Made by a program: the position numbers and the translations under genes | Shown: positions 1 to 8,209 of the stretch, in pieces | Position numbering within the stretch: the first letter of the stretch is position 1 | Layout of the letters: each line of letters opens with the position of its first letter | Virus record (IMG/VR): IMGVR_UViG_3300005403_000018 | Coordinates: 1-37,336 of that record | Length of the DNA stretch: 37,336 nt | Reading direction: 5' to 3' (one strand) | Origin: a virus | Lineage: Duplodnaviria; Caudoviricetes | Notes under the pieces: model-generated | Told to the model about the DNA's origin: nothing | The model's database searches: none | What the model saw: the letters and a program-made list of their open reading frames with translations, nothing else

Positions 1-36
1 CAGTCCGCAAGTCCTCCGCAATAAACTCTTTCTGCT
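1..36. repeat. Imperfect terminal direct repeat of 37301..37336 (circular-genome overlap)
   Basis: cagtccgcaagtcctccgcaataaactctttctgct vs aagtccgcaaatactcctcaataaacgcttgctgct, 30/36 identical. ATG at 51..49 supplies the missing TerS start. Confidence 0.8.
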
Positions 37-50
37 TTTACCAAACGACA

Positions 51-266
51 TTAGAAGCCTTCTGCTTTTTCCGCCTTGATACTTGATTGTAATACCGACT
101 TGACCTGTTTCAATACTTCCATGTCTGCCTTTAGTTCGGCATACCGTCCGGCAATGTGCGCAAACTCAATCTGCTTGTCTAACATCTCTTGACCAACGCG
201 CTCTAGTAGTAACACCTTCCCGCCGTAATCAAGAGATAATATGTCTGTCTTTGATAGTTCACTCAT
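51..266 (-). CDS. Hypothetical small coiled-coil protein upstream of TerS
   Basis: 71-aa ORF whose TAA overlaps the next ATG (TAATG). Confidence 0.7.
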   Translation of the reverse strand: MSELSKTDILSLDYGGKVLLLERVGQEMLDKQIEFAHIAGRYAELKADMEVLKQVKSVLQSSIKAEKAEGF

Positions 267-362
267 GCGTAAACTCTATACCTTCCGAGTAACCAGTCAA
301 AAAATATAATCCACTTTTTCCAGATTGTCATAAGTCCTCACTCAATTTATTATAGCATAAAA

Positions 363-394
363 GCAAACGACCCGGTATTATCCAGGTCGCTTAC
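363..394 (-). terminator. Intrinsic terminator-like hairpin after cassette 1
   Basis: GCGACCTGGATAATACCGGGTCGT stem-loop followed by TTGCTTTT on the minus strand. Confidence 0.6.
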
Positions 395-429
395 CGCATT
401 CACCTCGTGCGAGTGTAACTCCAAAATTA

Positions 430-699
430 TTATACTACTTTCTTTGGCCTCCCGCCTTTCTTCCCGTTCTCAGCGGACGAACGCGCTTTCTTTTCTGTTT
501 TGATACCACCTAATACTTTTGCCGATTGAGATATTTTCAACATATTACTGGCTGCGTATCCATCGCTTTGATCTTTGAAAAATTCTGTTTGAATATTTTT
601 TATTTTTTCTTTCAATTCGTTATTTTCAATTATTAAATCATCGCGCTCTTTAGTTAATTTGTCTATTTGTTCTATTGCTTCGCTATAAAGATTTTCCAT
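430..699 (-). CDS. Coiled-coil protein with C-terminal 'KTEKKARSSAENGKKGGRPKK' putative DNA-binding tail (last gene of cassette 1)
   Basis: Start moved to MENLY at 699. The C-terminal ~30 aa are near-identical to those of 7031..7399. Confidence 0.75.
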   Translation of the reverse strand: MENLYSEAIEQIDKLTKERDDLIIENNELKEKIKNIQTEFFKDQSDGYAASNMLKISQSAKVLGGIKTEKKARSSAENGKKGGRPKKVV

Positions 700-994
700 T
701 TTGTTTTTCCATTCTTCTCTGTATAATCCACTCATCAAAAAATATTCCTGGGGCTTTAGAATATTTCCAATGAGAAACAAATTCTGTTACGTCGCCATGG
801 TCGCTTGTCCTCATCCATCGCTTATCGGATGGAGAAAATAAACATACTGCCGGGTAATAACCTTGAAGCAAACAAAAACATAGTATTCCTAAAGATACGT
901 TTTTATTCTTGTGCTTTGGTAGTTTTTTATTTACTAGAATCCAACCACTTAGAAAACACATTATCTTTGAAAGTAATACATATTGAATTTTCAT
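683..994 (-). CDS. DUF551-like small phage protein
   Basis: W-I-x-V-x-x-x-L-P ... V-S-H-W pattern; ATGA coupling to the upstream ORF. Confidence 0.55.
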   Translation of the reverse strand: MKIQYVLLSKIMCFLSGWILVNKKLPKHKNKNVSLGILCFCLLQGYYPAVCLFSPSDKRWMRTSDHGDVTEFVSHWKYSKAPGIFFDEWIIQRRMEKQNGKSL

Positions 995-1176
995 TTTTCC
1001 TCTAATTTACTAAAACAATACTCACCAACAACATGGGATGTTTCAAATTTTTCATTCCAAACATTTGCTATTTTTCCAGTTTCAAGATGATATTTTTTGC
1101 ACACATAACAACAAAAATGTCTTGAAATTGCACCTTCAACCGGATCTATTATTGATAAAATTATTATGTTTTTCAT
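991..1176 (-). CDS. Hypothetical Cys/His-containing protein
   Basis: 61-aa ORF, ATGA-coupled on both sides. Confidence 0.65.
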   Translation of the reverse strand: MKNIIILSIIDPVEGAISRHFCCYVCKKYHLETGKIANVWNEKFETSHVVGEYCFSKLEEK

Positions 1177-1337
1177 TTTAAGTTGAATTGCTTTGATTCT
1201 AATTTGGCAGCTTTTTTATTTGAGAAAACTTCAATTACTTTTCCATTTTCATTTACAACTGCATAACCAGCGCCATAATAAAAATTTCCGTTTTCAAGTT
1301 CGTGTTTTCCTGCGTAAAGTTTTTTTGTTGTTGTCAT
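1173..1337 (-). CDS. 54-aa hypothetical protein, first gene of cassette 1 (not in the ORF track)
   Basis: MTTTKKLYAGKHELENGNFYYGAGYAVVNENGKVIEVFSNKKAAKLESKQFNLK, strong SD GGAGGAG, TGA overlaps the next ATG. Confidence 0.75.
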   Translation of the reverse strand: MTTTKKLYAGKHELENGNFYYGAGYAVVNENGKVIEVFSNKKAAKLESKQFNLK

Positions 1338-1369
1338 TTTGTTTTCTCTCCTCCGTTGTCTATGTAATA

Positions 1370-1398
1370 ATAATACAACCTATTGATTGGTTTGTCAA
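1370..1398 (-). promoter_or_regulatory. Sigma70-type promoter with a palindromic operator in the spacer (cassette 1)
   Basis: TTGACA-17-TATTAT; spacer contains AACCAATCAATAGGTT. Confidence 0.8.
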
Positions 1399-1431
1399 TA
1401 GGGAATTACATAATTTAACACGGATTTAACA

Positions 1432-1486
1432 CAAAACACCCCCTATAAAGGGGATGCTTTGCGGAGGAGTGGAGAAACGTTTACCA
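1432..1486 (-). ncRNA. Candidate ~55-nt sRNA carrying an anti-SD tract
   Basis: TTGAAA-16-TAATAT with TG extension (1492..1519), then TTTCTCCACTCCTCCG, then a CATCCCCT/AGGGGGTG hairpin and T-tract. Confidence 0.4.
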
Positions 1487-1593
1487 TTAATATATTACCA
1501 CGTTTCTCTGTTATTTCAAGTCCTGTTAGGGTTGGTTATTCCTGTATGTGTGAAAACTCTACACCGTTAGTATGCCTAGTCAGGACGTGAAAA

Positions 1594-1860
1594 CTATTTC
1601 GTGGCGTTTTTCAAGACATCATAAATTCCTGATGCGATCAATCCTAACGCAAGTCCAAACACGATTGTGCCAAACCAGCCACTAAATCCAACCGGAACTG
1701 CGATGCTCAACTGATAGCCGATCCCGAGCACAAGGCCAATCGCCATTGATACGAGTTTTACGGCAACACCTTGTAATCCCAAACTCTTGACCCATTCAAC
1801 CAGGCCAAGCACAACCAAAACCAGCGGAACGCCTGCAACTAAATAACTTGTGAAATCCAT
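1594..1860 (-). CDS. Probable holin (three hydrophobic segments)
   Basis: 88 aa, 'LVEWVK' and 'GLIASGIYD' holin-like motifs, basic C-terminus, SD AAGGAG, upstream TGATATAAT. Confidence 0.7.
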   Translation of the reverse strand: MDFTSYLVAGVPLVLVVLGLVEWVKSLGLQGVAVKLVSMAIGLVLGIGYQLSIAVPVGFSGWFGTIVFGLALGLIASGIYDVLKNATK

Positions 1861-1890
1861 TTTTTCTCCTTGAATAGTTTTATTATATCA

Positions 1891-2091
1891 CTAACATTTT
1901 ACTACATGTTTTTTTCTCTGCATTTTCCTCTCTTTCAGTATCATTTCAAGTAAGTTTTCCCATCCTTCGTCTCGATTATGTCCCTTGACTTCACCGGCGC
2001 ATATTACCTCTTTGTTGACCGAGACAACGTAGGTATAGTTTGAACTTTCGTTGGATCCACCCTCATTGTGGATTGTGATTATCAGCATCAT
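1891..2091 (-). CDS. Hypothetical protein
   Basis: 66-aa ORF coupled to the rtcB stop. Confidence 0.7.
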   Translation of the reverse strand: MMLIITIHNEGGSNESSNYTYVVSVNKEVICAGEVKGHNRDEGWENLLEMILKERKMQRKKHVVKC

Positions 2092-3236
2092 TATCCCTTG
2101 ATTGATGCAAGTGGTTTTAATTCAACAAGTATTTCTACAAGGTCTTTTTGGTTTTCCATGACAATGTCAATATCCTTGTATGCGCCTGGAGATTCGTCAA
2201 GGTCTTTTGCAGTTCTTAGTCCATGAATTACGCCTTCCATTTTTCGTTGTTCATCTTCAAGATTTAGAGACCTTTCTGCTTCCTTGCGCCCCATTCTACG
2301 CCCCGCCCCATGAGAGCATGAAGTAAAACTGTCTGGATTACCTAAACCCCTGACAATATAACTTTTAGTCCCCATTGAACCAGGAATAATTCCGGTAGTA
2401 TTGGCCGTTGCTAAAGTAGCGCCCTTGCGATGAACAATTACATCTTTTCCAAAGTGATGTTCAAATTTTGCGTAGTTATGATTTATGTTTATTGATTCTA
2501 CAATTTCAGCATTCATAAATCTATAAAAAACAGCAAAGATATTATCCATCATTAATTGACGGTTGGCTTTTGCAAACTCCAAACAGTAATTCATGGCTTC
2601 AAAATATTCCTTACCTTCCGGCGTTTCAATTGGTAAAAACGCCAGGTCTTTGTCTGGAATATCCGATTGCCAACGCTCACATAGTGCCTGTGCTTTTGCG
2701 TGGAAAACCTTTGCGGTCTTTAAACCAAAGTTACGGCTACCAGAATGGAGCATAATCCAGATATGTCCATCATTCCCTTTTTGGATTTCAATGAAGTGAT
2801 TACCACCGCCCAATGTTCCTAATTGCTTTTTAGATGAATTTAGTTCTTGCTGAATAATTGGAATATCAGGCGCGTTATCAAATCCACCCCACGCTTGATT
2901 TTCTTGTTGGCGATCGAACCCTAAGGGCACTACTTCTCGAATTTTACCCATGAGTAGTTTTAGTGAATCTGTATCGATTTCAGTTAGTGATGTTTTTACA
3001 GCACTCATACCACAGCCAATATCCACACCAACGGCATTTGGTACAATCACGCCCTTGGTTGCCATAACCCCACCAATAGGCATTCCGTATCCCTGGTGAG
3101 AATCCGGCATAATCGCAATGTGCTTGAACGCAAACGGAAGTTTAGCCAGGTTCAACGCCTGTTGTAATGCGCCGGCCTCAATATCATCTAACCATAATTT
3201 TATTGGAATTCTCTCACTTGTAATTACGCTCTTCAT
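2091..3236 (-). CDS. rtcB: RtcB-family RNA 2',3'-cyclic-phosphate/5'-OH ligase
   Basis: Motifs MPDSHQGYGMPIGG, AVGVDIGCG, LGTLGGGNHFIE, HSGSR, NHNYA, HRKGAT, IPGSMG, SCSHGAGR, DESPGAYKDI. Confidence 0.97.
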   Translation of the reverse strand: MKSVITSERIPIKLWLDDIEAGALQQALNLAKLPFAFKHIAIMPDSHQGYGMPIGGVMATKGVIVPNAVGVDIGCGMSAVKTSLTEIDTDSLKLLMGKIREVVPLGFDRQQENQAWGGFDNAPDIPIIQQELNSSKKQLGTLGGGNHFIEIQKGNDGHIWIMLHSGSRNFGLKTAKVFHAKAQALCERWQSDIPDKDLAFLPIETPEGKEYFEAMNYCLEFAKANRQLMMDNIFAVFYRFMNAEIVESININHNYAKFEHHFGKDVIVHRKGATLATANTTGIIPGSMGTKSYIVRGLGNPDSFTSCSHGAGRRMGRKEAERSLNLEDEQRKMEGVIHGLRTAKDLDESPGAYKDIDIVMENQKDLVEILVELKPLASIKG

Positions 3237-3237
3237 A

Positions 3238-3561
3238 CTACCTCAATCCTAATTCCCTGAGTTTATCAATGACTTGCATGGCGGTTTGAAGGGTATCACC
3301 TGAATAACCACAAATGTTTTGATTGACTTCATCAACAAGCATTTTCATGGTTGGCCTTTCTAAATCATCAAATGAGTTGTAATCTTCAAATGGGGTAGGA
3401 CACGAACAGCCGCTATCCCTTGCGGTGAAAAACTGATTATTTTTATCCTTCCAAATCACACGCGTATCAAATTCGTATGAACCGGATGAATATTCAATCT
3501 CTCCAACTAATTCAAGTCCCCATGATTCTGGTGCATAATAAACATTGTTTTCGTATTCCAT
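3238..3561 (-). CDS. Hypothetical phage protein (DSGCSCP motif)
   Basis: 107-aa ORF, SD GGAGAG. Confidence 0.8.
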   Translation of the reverse strand: MEYENNVYYAPESWGLELVGEIEYSSGSYEFDTRVIWKDKNNQFFTARDSGCSCPTPFEDYNSFDDLERPTMKMLVDEVNQNICGYSGDTLQTAMQVIDKLRELGLR

Positions 3562-3571
3562 ATTCTCTCTC

Positions 3572-3799
3572 CTATTGATACCTGAATGTCTTGTCTAATG
3601 CGTTGCTCACGTTTTGCGCACCGAACCGCTTTTCGAGTTCTCGTCTGTTCTTACCATTGTACAACTTCCTTATCTCTTGATAGCGTGATTGTTTCCATGC
3701 GCTTATCATTTCTTTTGCTGTTTGTGTCATTATGTCATACTCCACAAATTCCAGAACACTCATTATCCCAATCCCTTTCATCTTTTGTACTAGACACAT
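3572..3799 (-). CDS. Hypothetical protein (start uncertain)
   Basis: Fills the gap in a tightly packed minus-strand operon. Confidence 0.55.
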   Translation of the reverse strand: MCLVQKMKGIGIMSVLEFVEYDIMTQTAKEMISAWKQSRYQEIRKLYNGKNRRELEKRFGAQNVSNALDKTFRYQ

Positions 3800-3959
3800 T
3801 AATCCGTTTAACTTTTGCTTTCGTTTTCAGAATATAGTCTCCGTCTATGTATCTTTGCGCATCCTCTTTTTTCTCAAAAAGATTAATCATATCGTTGTTG
3901 TATAAACCAACGCAGGCATACGGAGCGCCATTAATTGTGATGATAAACATTTGTCTCAT
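3735..3959 (-). CDS. Hypothetical protein
   Basis: ATGA-coupled ORF. Confidence 0.6.
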   Translation of the reverse strand: MRQMFIITINGAPYACVGLYNNDMINLFEKKEDAQRYIDGDYILKTKAKVKRINVSSTKDERDWDNECSGICGV

Positions 3960-4267
3960 TGTTCACCAATCCCTTTCATCTTCAACCAGGATAAACAGAC
4001 GGCCTCGCCAAATTCACCCTCTTTGACAGTGGAAAGTTGCATACGTTGATCGGTTGGCAACTCAAAATAGAGTGGCATATACAGGTTGGCGCCGGTATAA
4101 AAACTTACCGGTATCCAACAAGGTTTTATGCCTCGCAAGTAGTTTGCAAAGCAATACCAGTTTCCTCGCGGAGAATAAACAGGCTCAAATAAGCATTGGT
4201 CAACCGTTGGAAGATAATCTGGCATTGGTTCACGCGCCTTCGCTATGACTTCGTTTAGGTTACTCAT
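3956..4267 (-). CDS. Hypothetical protein
   Basis: Start moved to MSNLNE (ATGA overlap with the upstream stop). Confidence 0.65.
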   Translation of the reverse strand: MSNLNEVIAKAREPMPDYLPTVDQCLFEPVYSPRGNWYCFANYLRGIKPCWIPVSFYTGANLYMPLYFELPTDQRMQLSTVKEGEFGEAVCLSWLKMKGIGEQ

Positions 4268-4686
4268 CCTTCCCCCTTCAACTTTTCCATGAGGGCGTGA
4301 TGTAAGGTGATGACACATTCTGGATTATGTTCAACAGTAGGCCGTGCGCCACAAAAATCACAAAACTTTGGCGCAACTCCGCGAAAACCCGGCTTTCCTT
4401 TTTGGCTATAAACTGGCAAAAGACCAGCAAATAACCGTTCCGCATCTTCTCCGCACTCTTTGAGTAGGGAGCGCAACCTATGAATTTCGTCTAACACATT
4501 CCAGTCAAACTCGTCTTTGTTGTCTGCCTTGAGTGATACCGCAACGGCAAGTCTATTGTTTAGTGTCTCGTTTTCAGCACGGAGAGCAATCAATTCTTGT
4601 AGATATGTTCCAAGTTCTTTAGTGCTTACATCACCGCAAACATAGCCTCCGGCAAATCGTTTTATTATTTCTTGTGGTTCCATCAT
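4264..4686 (-). CDS. Hypothetical protein with C-terminal CxxC..H..C Zn-binding motif
   Basis: CDFC...HNPEC; coupled ORF. Confidence 0.7.
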   Translation of the reverse strand: MMEPQEIIKRFAGGYVCGDVSTKELGTYLQELIALRAENETLNNRLAVAVSLKADNKDEFDWNVLDEIHRLRSLLKECGEDAERLFAGLLPVYSQKGKPGFRGVAPKFCDFCGARPTVEHNPECVITLHHALMEKLKGEG

Positions 4687-5069
4687 TCACCTACCTTTGG
4701 AAGGTGTCGCCAGTGGGTCATTGTTCCCTTTTCGTTGTGGCGTACATCGCACGGATATTTTAGTTTTGTTGATGGATTACCATAGTCAACCGGTATCCAT
4801 TCTTCAAGCACTCGAATCCGCTCCGCCTGTTCCTTTTCGACTGACTGGAGACGGATGAGTTCTGCCATTTTTGACGCTGTTTTTGCGATGTATCTTGCTG
4901 CCAATCCAGAAGCTAACTCCAGAGAATCGCGCATATCCTTATAAAACTCATGGAACATGTTGACAACTTTGGTTTGTTGTTCACTCGCCGGAAGTTTTTC
5001 AATTTCATCAACCAAAGCGCGATACTTCTTGAAATACGGACGTTCATAATCCTTTTTTTCGTCCATCAT
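4683..5069 (-). CDS. Hypothetical protein with DUF551-like C-terminus
   Basis: WIPV...THWRHLP. Confidence 0.65.
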   Translation of the reverse strand: MMDEKKDYERPYFKKYRALVDEIEKLPASEQQTKVVNMFHEFYKDMRDSLELASGLAARYIAKTASKMAELIRLQSVEKEQAERIRVLEEWIPVDYGNPSTKLKYPCDVRHNEKGTMTHWRHLPKVGE

Positions 5070-5254
5070 TACCCTACTTTCTTCTCTATCCTGACCTGAT
5101 TGCCTTTTACCCAGATTATCTCAGGCCGATAACCGAACCGTTTCACAAATTGATCTATCGCGTCTTGTACCGTCTCACCTTTTGTAAGTGAGTATCCTTC
5201 ACATTCTACGGTTGACATTTTAGCCCATGTATCTATTTCGATGATTTCAGTCAC
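5069..5254 (-). CDS. Hypothetical protein
   Basis: 61-aa coupled ORF. Confidence 0.6.
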   Translation of the reverse strand: MTEIIEIDTWAKMSTVECEGYSLTKGETVQDAIDQFVKRFGYRPEIIWVKGNQVRIEKKVG

Positions 5255-5729
5255 AAAACACCTCTATTGTATTTAGCTTTGCAAACTCGCCATATAAATC
5301 TATTGCATTTTTATTGTATGCCAAGGCCGCCTCCTCTATTGTTTTAAAACATCCGAGGTGAATATGTTTTCTGTTTTTGCAAATTTTTGCCATGTATGGA
5401 TTGCTTGTTCCTGGAGTATAATAAACGCCCTTATATCCCGTCGTGTTATTTTTACCCAATAAAGAGTTCGCTTGATTCTGAGACGCGCTACAAATCCTTA
5501 AATTTTCTTTTCTGTTGTCAAGAGTATCGTGATTTATATGGTCAACATATTCACCTTCCATAGCGCCCAAAATAACTCGGTGCATTTTTATGTGTTTAAA
5601 TGTACCGTCAACGCGCTTATTTCCATCGGCATATCCATAATTAAAATTCCACTTGCAAAAGTTTATTTTTTCAAAATCTTCATCGTCAATCTTTGAAAAT
5701 TTTCCTTGAGTTAATGGGATTAATATCAT
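5247..5729 (-). CDS. HNH-AP2 homing endonuclease
   Basis: MHRVIL...VDHINHDTLDNRKENLR (HNH) and GYKGV...HLGCFKTIEEAALAYN (AP2). Start at MILIPLTQG with SD GGAG. Confidence 0.92.
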   Translation of the reverse strand: MILIPLTQGKFSKIDDEDFEKINFCKWNFNYGYADGNKRVDGTFKHIKMHRVILGAMEGEYVDHINHDTLDNRKENLRICSASQNQANSLLGKNNTTGYKGVYYTPGTSNPYMAKICKNRKHIHLGCFKTIEEAALAYNKNAIDLYGEFAKLNTIEVFCD

Positions 5730-5739
5730 GTTACTCCAA

Positions 5740-5852
5740 AATATAAACAGCAGCCAATTACCAGGATAGTGTTTTCTCAGGAACACGGAGGTAAAAAGCT
5801 GCTGCTTATACATTATCTTATTCCATGTTCCTGAGTAACTCTATTGTACCAC
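5740..5852 (-). promoter_or_regulatory. Extended -10 promoter and structured leader of the HNH-AP2 gene
   Basis: TGGTACAAT; complementary blocks 5822..5835/5776..5789 and 5790..5807/5745..5762. Confidence 0.65.
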
Positions 5853-6668
5853 ATTATCACAAAAAATTTCTGGATATTTCTTTGCGAGTGCCTTGAATAT
5901 AGCCTTGGTCAGCTCTTTGTCATAATCCCAAAAATGGCATACTTTTTCAAGCGCAGATATAACGCCGATTTTCCAATTATATTGGTCTTTTGTTGAACAT
6001 ATTGAAACAGCAAAGTCAACCGATCCGCTATGACAATTTTTGGCATACGTCACCGGGTTACCTACGATGATCTCAAAATGATTATGTCCAACCGAGAATT
6101 TCAACCGCTTGCCGATCATCTCTGTTGCGTCCATCATGTCTTTTTGCACACAGATTAACCTCTGTTGCCACACGTCCGCTACGGTTGACATGAGCTTAAG
6201 TTCGTGTGATTTTTCAGTGATGATTGAAGCCTGTCTGCCTAATGCGCGCGACACTTCTTCCAACAGTTCTTTATAGTGATCTCGCATGGCTTCGGCTGAA
6301 TTACAGCGTGATTGTAAGTCGTCATAATCACGTATCTTTTGAAGCCATGACTTCTTTTTGGGCTGGACGCCAAAGGCGATTTTACAATCAGGAGAAATGC
6401 CAAACCGGGTTGCCGCATACCTGATTGCGTCCGCTTGATGTTCACAAACCCTGTCTATCGCTTTTTTGTAAGTGGTTGCAAAATTATTCAATCCGGTAAT
6501 CTTGACGCTCTTTGTCACCGTCCCGTCCTGGTTCATTGTTCCACCTGGATACTCAATGGAGTATTTTCCAAAATTACTTATAGAGGACGGCGTGCATTCT
6601 CGTAATCCAAGACCAGTTAGTTCAATTGTTTTATCGCCTTTATTTTCAATCGCTATGGTAAAGTTCAT
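5841..6668 (-). CDS. Hypothetical protein with central coiled coil
   Basis: 275-aa ORF, SD GGAGGAG. Confidence 0.8.
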   Translation of the reverse strand: MNFTIAIENKGDKTIELTGLGLRECTPSSISNFGKYSIEYPGGTMNQDGTVTKSVKITGLNNFATTYKKAIDRVCEHQADAIRYAATRFGISPDCKIAFGVQPKKKSWLQKIRDYDDLQSRCNSAEAMRDHYKELLEEVSRALGRQASIITEKSHELKLMSTVADVWQQRLICVQKDMMDATEMIGKRLKFSVGHNHFEIIVGNPVTYAKNCHSGSVDFAVSICSTKDQYNWKIGVISALEKVCHFWDYDKELTKAIFKALAKKYPEIFCDNVVQ

Positions 6669-6754
6669 TTTCTCCTCCGATCAATTATCCAAAATATTAT
6701 TACCGATGGTATTACTATGATTAGAAATATAGGGACTGGTAACATTGGTTATCC

Positions 6755-6967
6755 TCAAAATGGAATTTCATCTTCTGAATTTAATAGGCGCTCTTCTTCA
6801 ATTTCTTGTTCCAAGTCATGCGCCCGCTCTGCCATTTGGCGGTCTTGTTCTTCAGCCCACGCTTGATAATATCCATCACGCCCGTGTCCAATATCGCCGT
6901 AACACATCGAACATGACCTTCCTTGTCCCTCTGGTATTTCACTTCCGCAACTTGTACAATGTGGCAT
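6755..6967 (-). CDS. Small Zn-ribbon protein with acidic 'DEIPF' SSB-like tail
   Basis: CTSC...CSMC; SD GAGGAGAG. Confidence 0.75.
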   Translation of the reverse strand: MPHCTSCGSEIPEGQGRSCSMCYGDIGHGRDGYYQAWAEEQDRQMAERAHDLEQEIEEERLLNSEDEIPF

Positions 6968-7030
6968 TTCTCTCTCCTCGTTTTACTTTTACTATAACAA
7001 ATTACATTGGTTATGTCCGTAAAAAAGTCA

Positions 7031-7399
7031 TTAAATCGCTTTCTTTGGCCTTCCGCCTTTTTTGCCATTTTCGGCAGACGAACGAGATTTCTTTTCTGTT
7101 TTGATTGACCCTAGAATTGACGCGGCGGATTTTATACCGTCTGATGGTTTTGCGGCTCGAATTGACATAGCCATATTTTTACCAAAATCAATAACTCGTT
7201 CGTTTGTTTCGCCGACCAAACTTCCCTCAATCCATTTAGCTGAATATTCAAGAGTATTTGTATCAAGTGCGCGACCTTCTGAAACGCGTTTATCTATTAG
7301 CTTACGAACCGTAACTTCGTTTTTAAGTTCTTGTATTTCTGTTTTCAATAAACCAATTACAATTAACGCTTTTTTTAAATCCGTTATTTCTTCACTCAT
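7031..7399 (-). CDS. Protein with C-terminal 'KTEKKSRSSAENGKKGGRPKK' tail (last gene of cassette 2)
   Basis: Tail paralogous to 430..699; SD GGAG. Confidence 0.8.
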   Translation of the reverse strand: MSEEITDLKKALIVIGLLKTEIQELKNEVTVRKLIDKRVSEGRALDTNTLEYSAKWIEGSLVGETNERVIDFGKNMAMSIRAAKPSDGIKSAASILGSIKTEKKSRSSAENGKKGGRPKKAI

Positions 7400-7408
7400 T
7401 TTATTCTC

Positions 7409-7606
7409 CTAATACACAATCTCGGATAGTCGTTTTTCTATCCATTGTTTACGGCGTGGGTCAACAAACCCTGACATATTCTTTAACTCATTTGTCAATC
7501 GAAGAGCTTCGTTATGCAATCCGCAGGATGTTATTGTGGCCTCAACTCCCGGATGTTTTTTGAATATGTATTGCCAATCATCATGTGAAATATCAGTTAT
7601 GTTCAT
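7409..7606 (-). CDS. Hypothetical protein (cassette 2 cargo)
   Basis: 65 aa, SD GGAG. Confidence 0.7.
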   Translation of the reverse strand: MNITDISHDDWQYIFKKHPGVEATITSCGLHNEALRLTNELKNMSGFVDPRRKQWIEKRLSEIVY

Positions 7607-7615
7607 TATTTACTC

Positions 7616-7891
7616 CTAATTTGCATTATGAAAAACTTCAAGAATTTCAATAGCATCTTTTAATGCTTGTCTTTTTTCTGCCAAATAAACCATGTTGTTT
7701 CTACTTTGTGCGCGTCTCTGTGAACATCCCTGCATAGAACCAGTAGAATTAATAGCACGCAAATGAGACTCACTAGATTTTTTCAACTCTCGCTCTATTT
7801 TGAATAATTGTAATTCAAGCTCTTGTTTTTTATAGTTTTTTGCAAGTTGTTTTGACCAATTTGAATAATCTTCATACTTCCAGTCTGCCAT
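7616..7891 (-). CDS. Hypothetical protein (cassette 2 cargo)
   Basis: 91 aa, SD AGGAG. Confidence 0.75.
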   Translation of the reverse strand: MADWKYEDYSNWSKQLAKNYKKQELELQLFKIERELKKSSESHLRAINSTGSMQGCSQRRAQSRNNMVYLAEKRQALKDAIEILEVFHNAN

Positions 7892-7930
7892 GTTATCTCC
7901 TGTGCGTATCCCTGCGCACCCCGGATTATT

Positions 7931-8149
7931 TTAGAAGTCACCGGCTAAATTTGCATTATGCCAACCGAGTGACCATTGTTTGAGAATTGATTGAATTACA
8001 TTTGATTTTGAGAAGTCACTTGTTGAATATTTTCCGACCAACTTCATTACTTCTTTATCTAAAACCGGGGCTGATTTTATTCCATTTACAAAAGCCTGTT
8101 GTCCTAAAACTTCGGATGTTGCAACGTCGATTTTCTCTTGAGCTGTCAT
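7931..8149 (-). CDS. Hypothetical protein, first gene of cassette 2
   Basis: 72 aa; leader GAGGAGAGAAAACAAAATGACA identical to cassette 1. Confidence 0.8.
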   Translation of the reverse strand: MTAQEKIDVATSEVLGQQAFVNGIKSAPVLDKEVMKLVGKYSTSDFSKSNVIQSILKQWSLGWHNANLAGDF

Positions 8150-8180
8150 TTTGTTTTCTCTCCTCGTTTGTTATGTATAT

Positions 8181-8209
8181 ATAATACAACTAATCGTTAG
8201 GTTTGTCAA
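8181..8209 (-). promoter_or_regulatory. Sigma70-type promoter with a palindromic operator (cassette 2)
   Basis: TTGACA-17-TATTAT; spacer contains AACCTAACGATTAGTT. Confidence 0.8.

Noticed and set aside
384-422. Possible HDV-like ribozyme around CACCTCGTG
   Set aside because: I could not build P1/P2/P4. The adjacent hairpin is explained as a terminator, though a short RNA from TATAAT at 429..434 is not excluded.
6781-7068. 95-aa alternative-frame minus ORF bridging cassette 2 and the Zn-ribbon gene
   Set aside because: Overlaps two better-supported genes and an AT-rich promoter-like gap; no SD.
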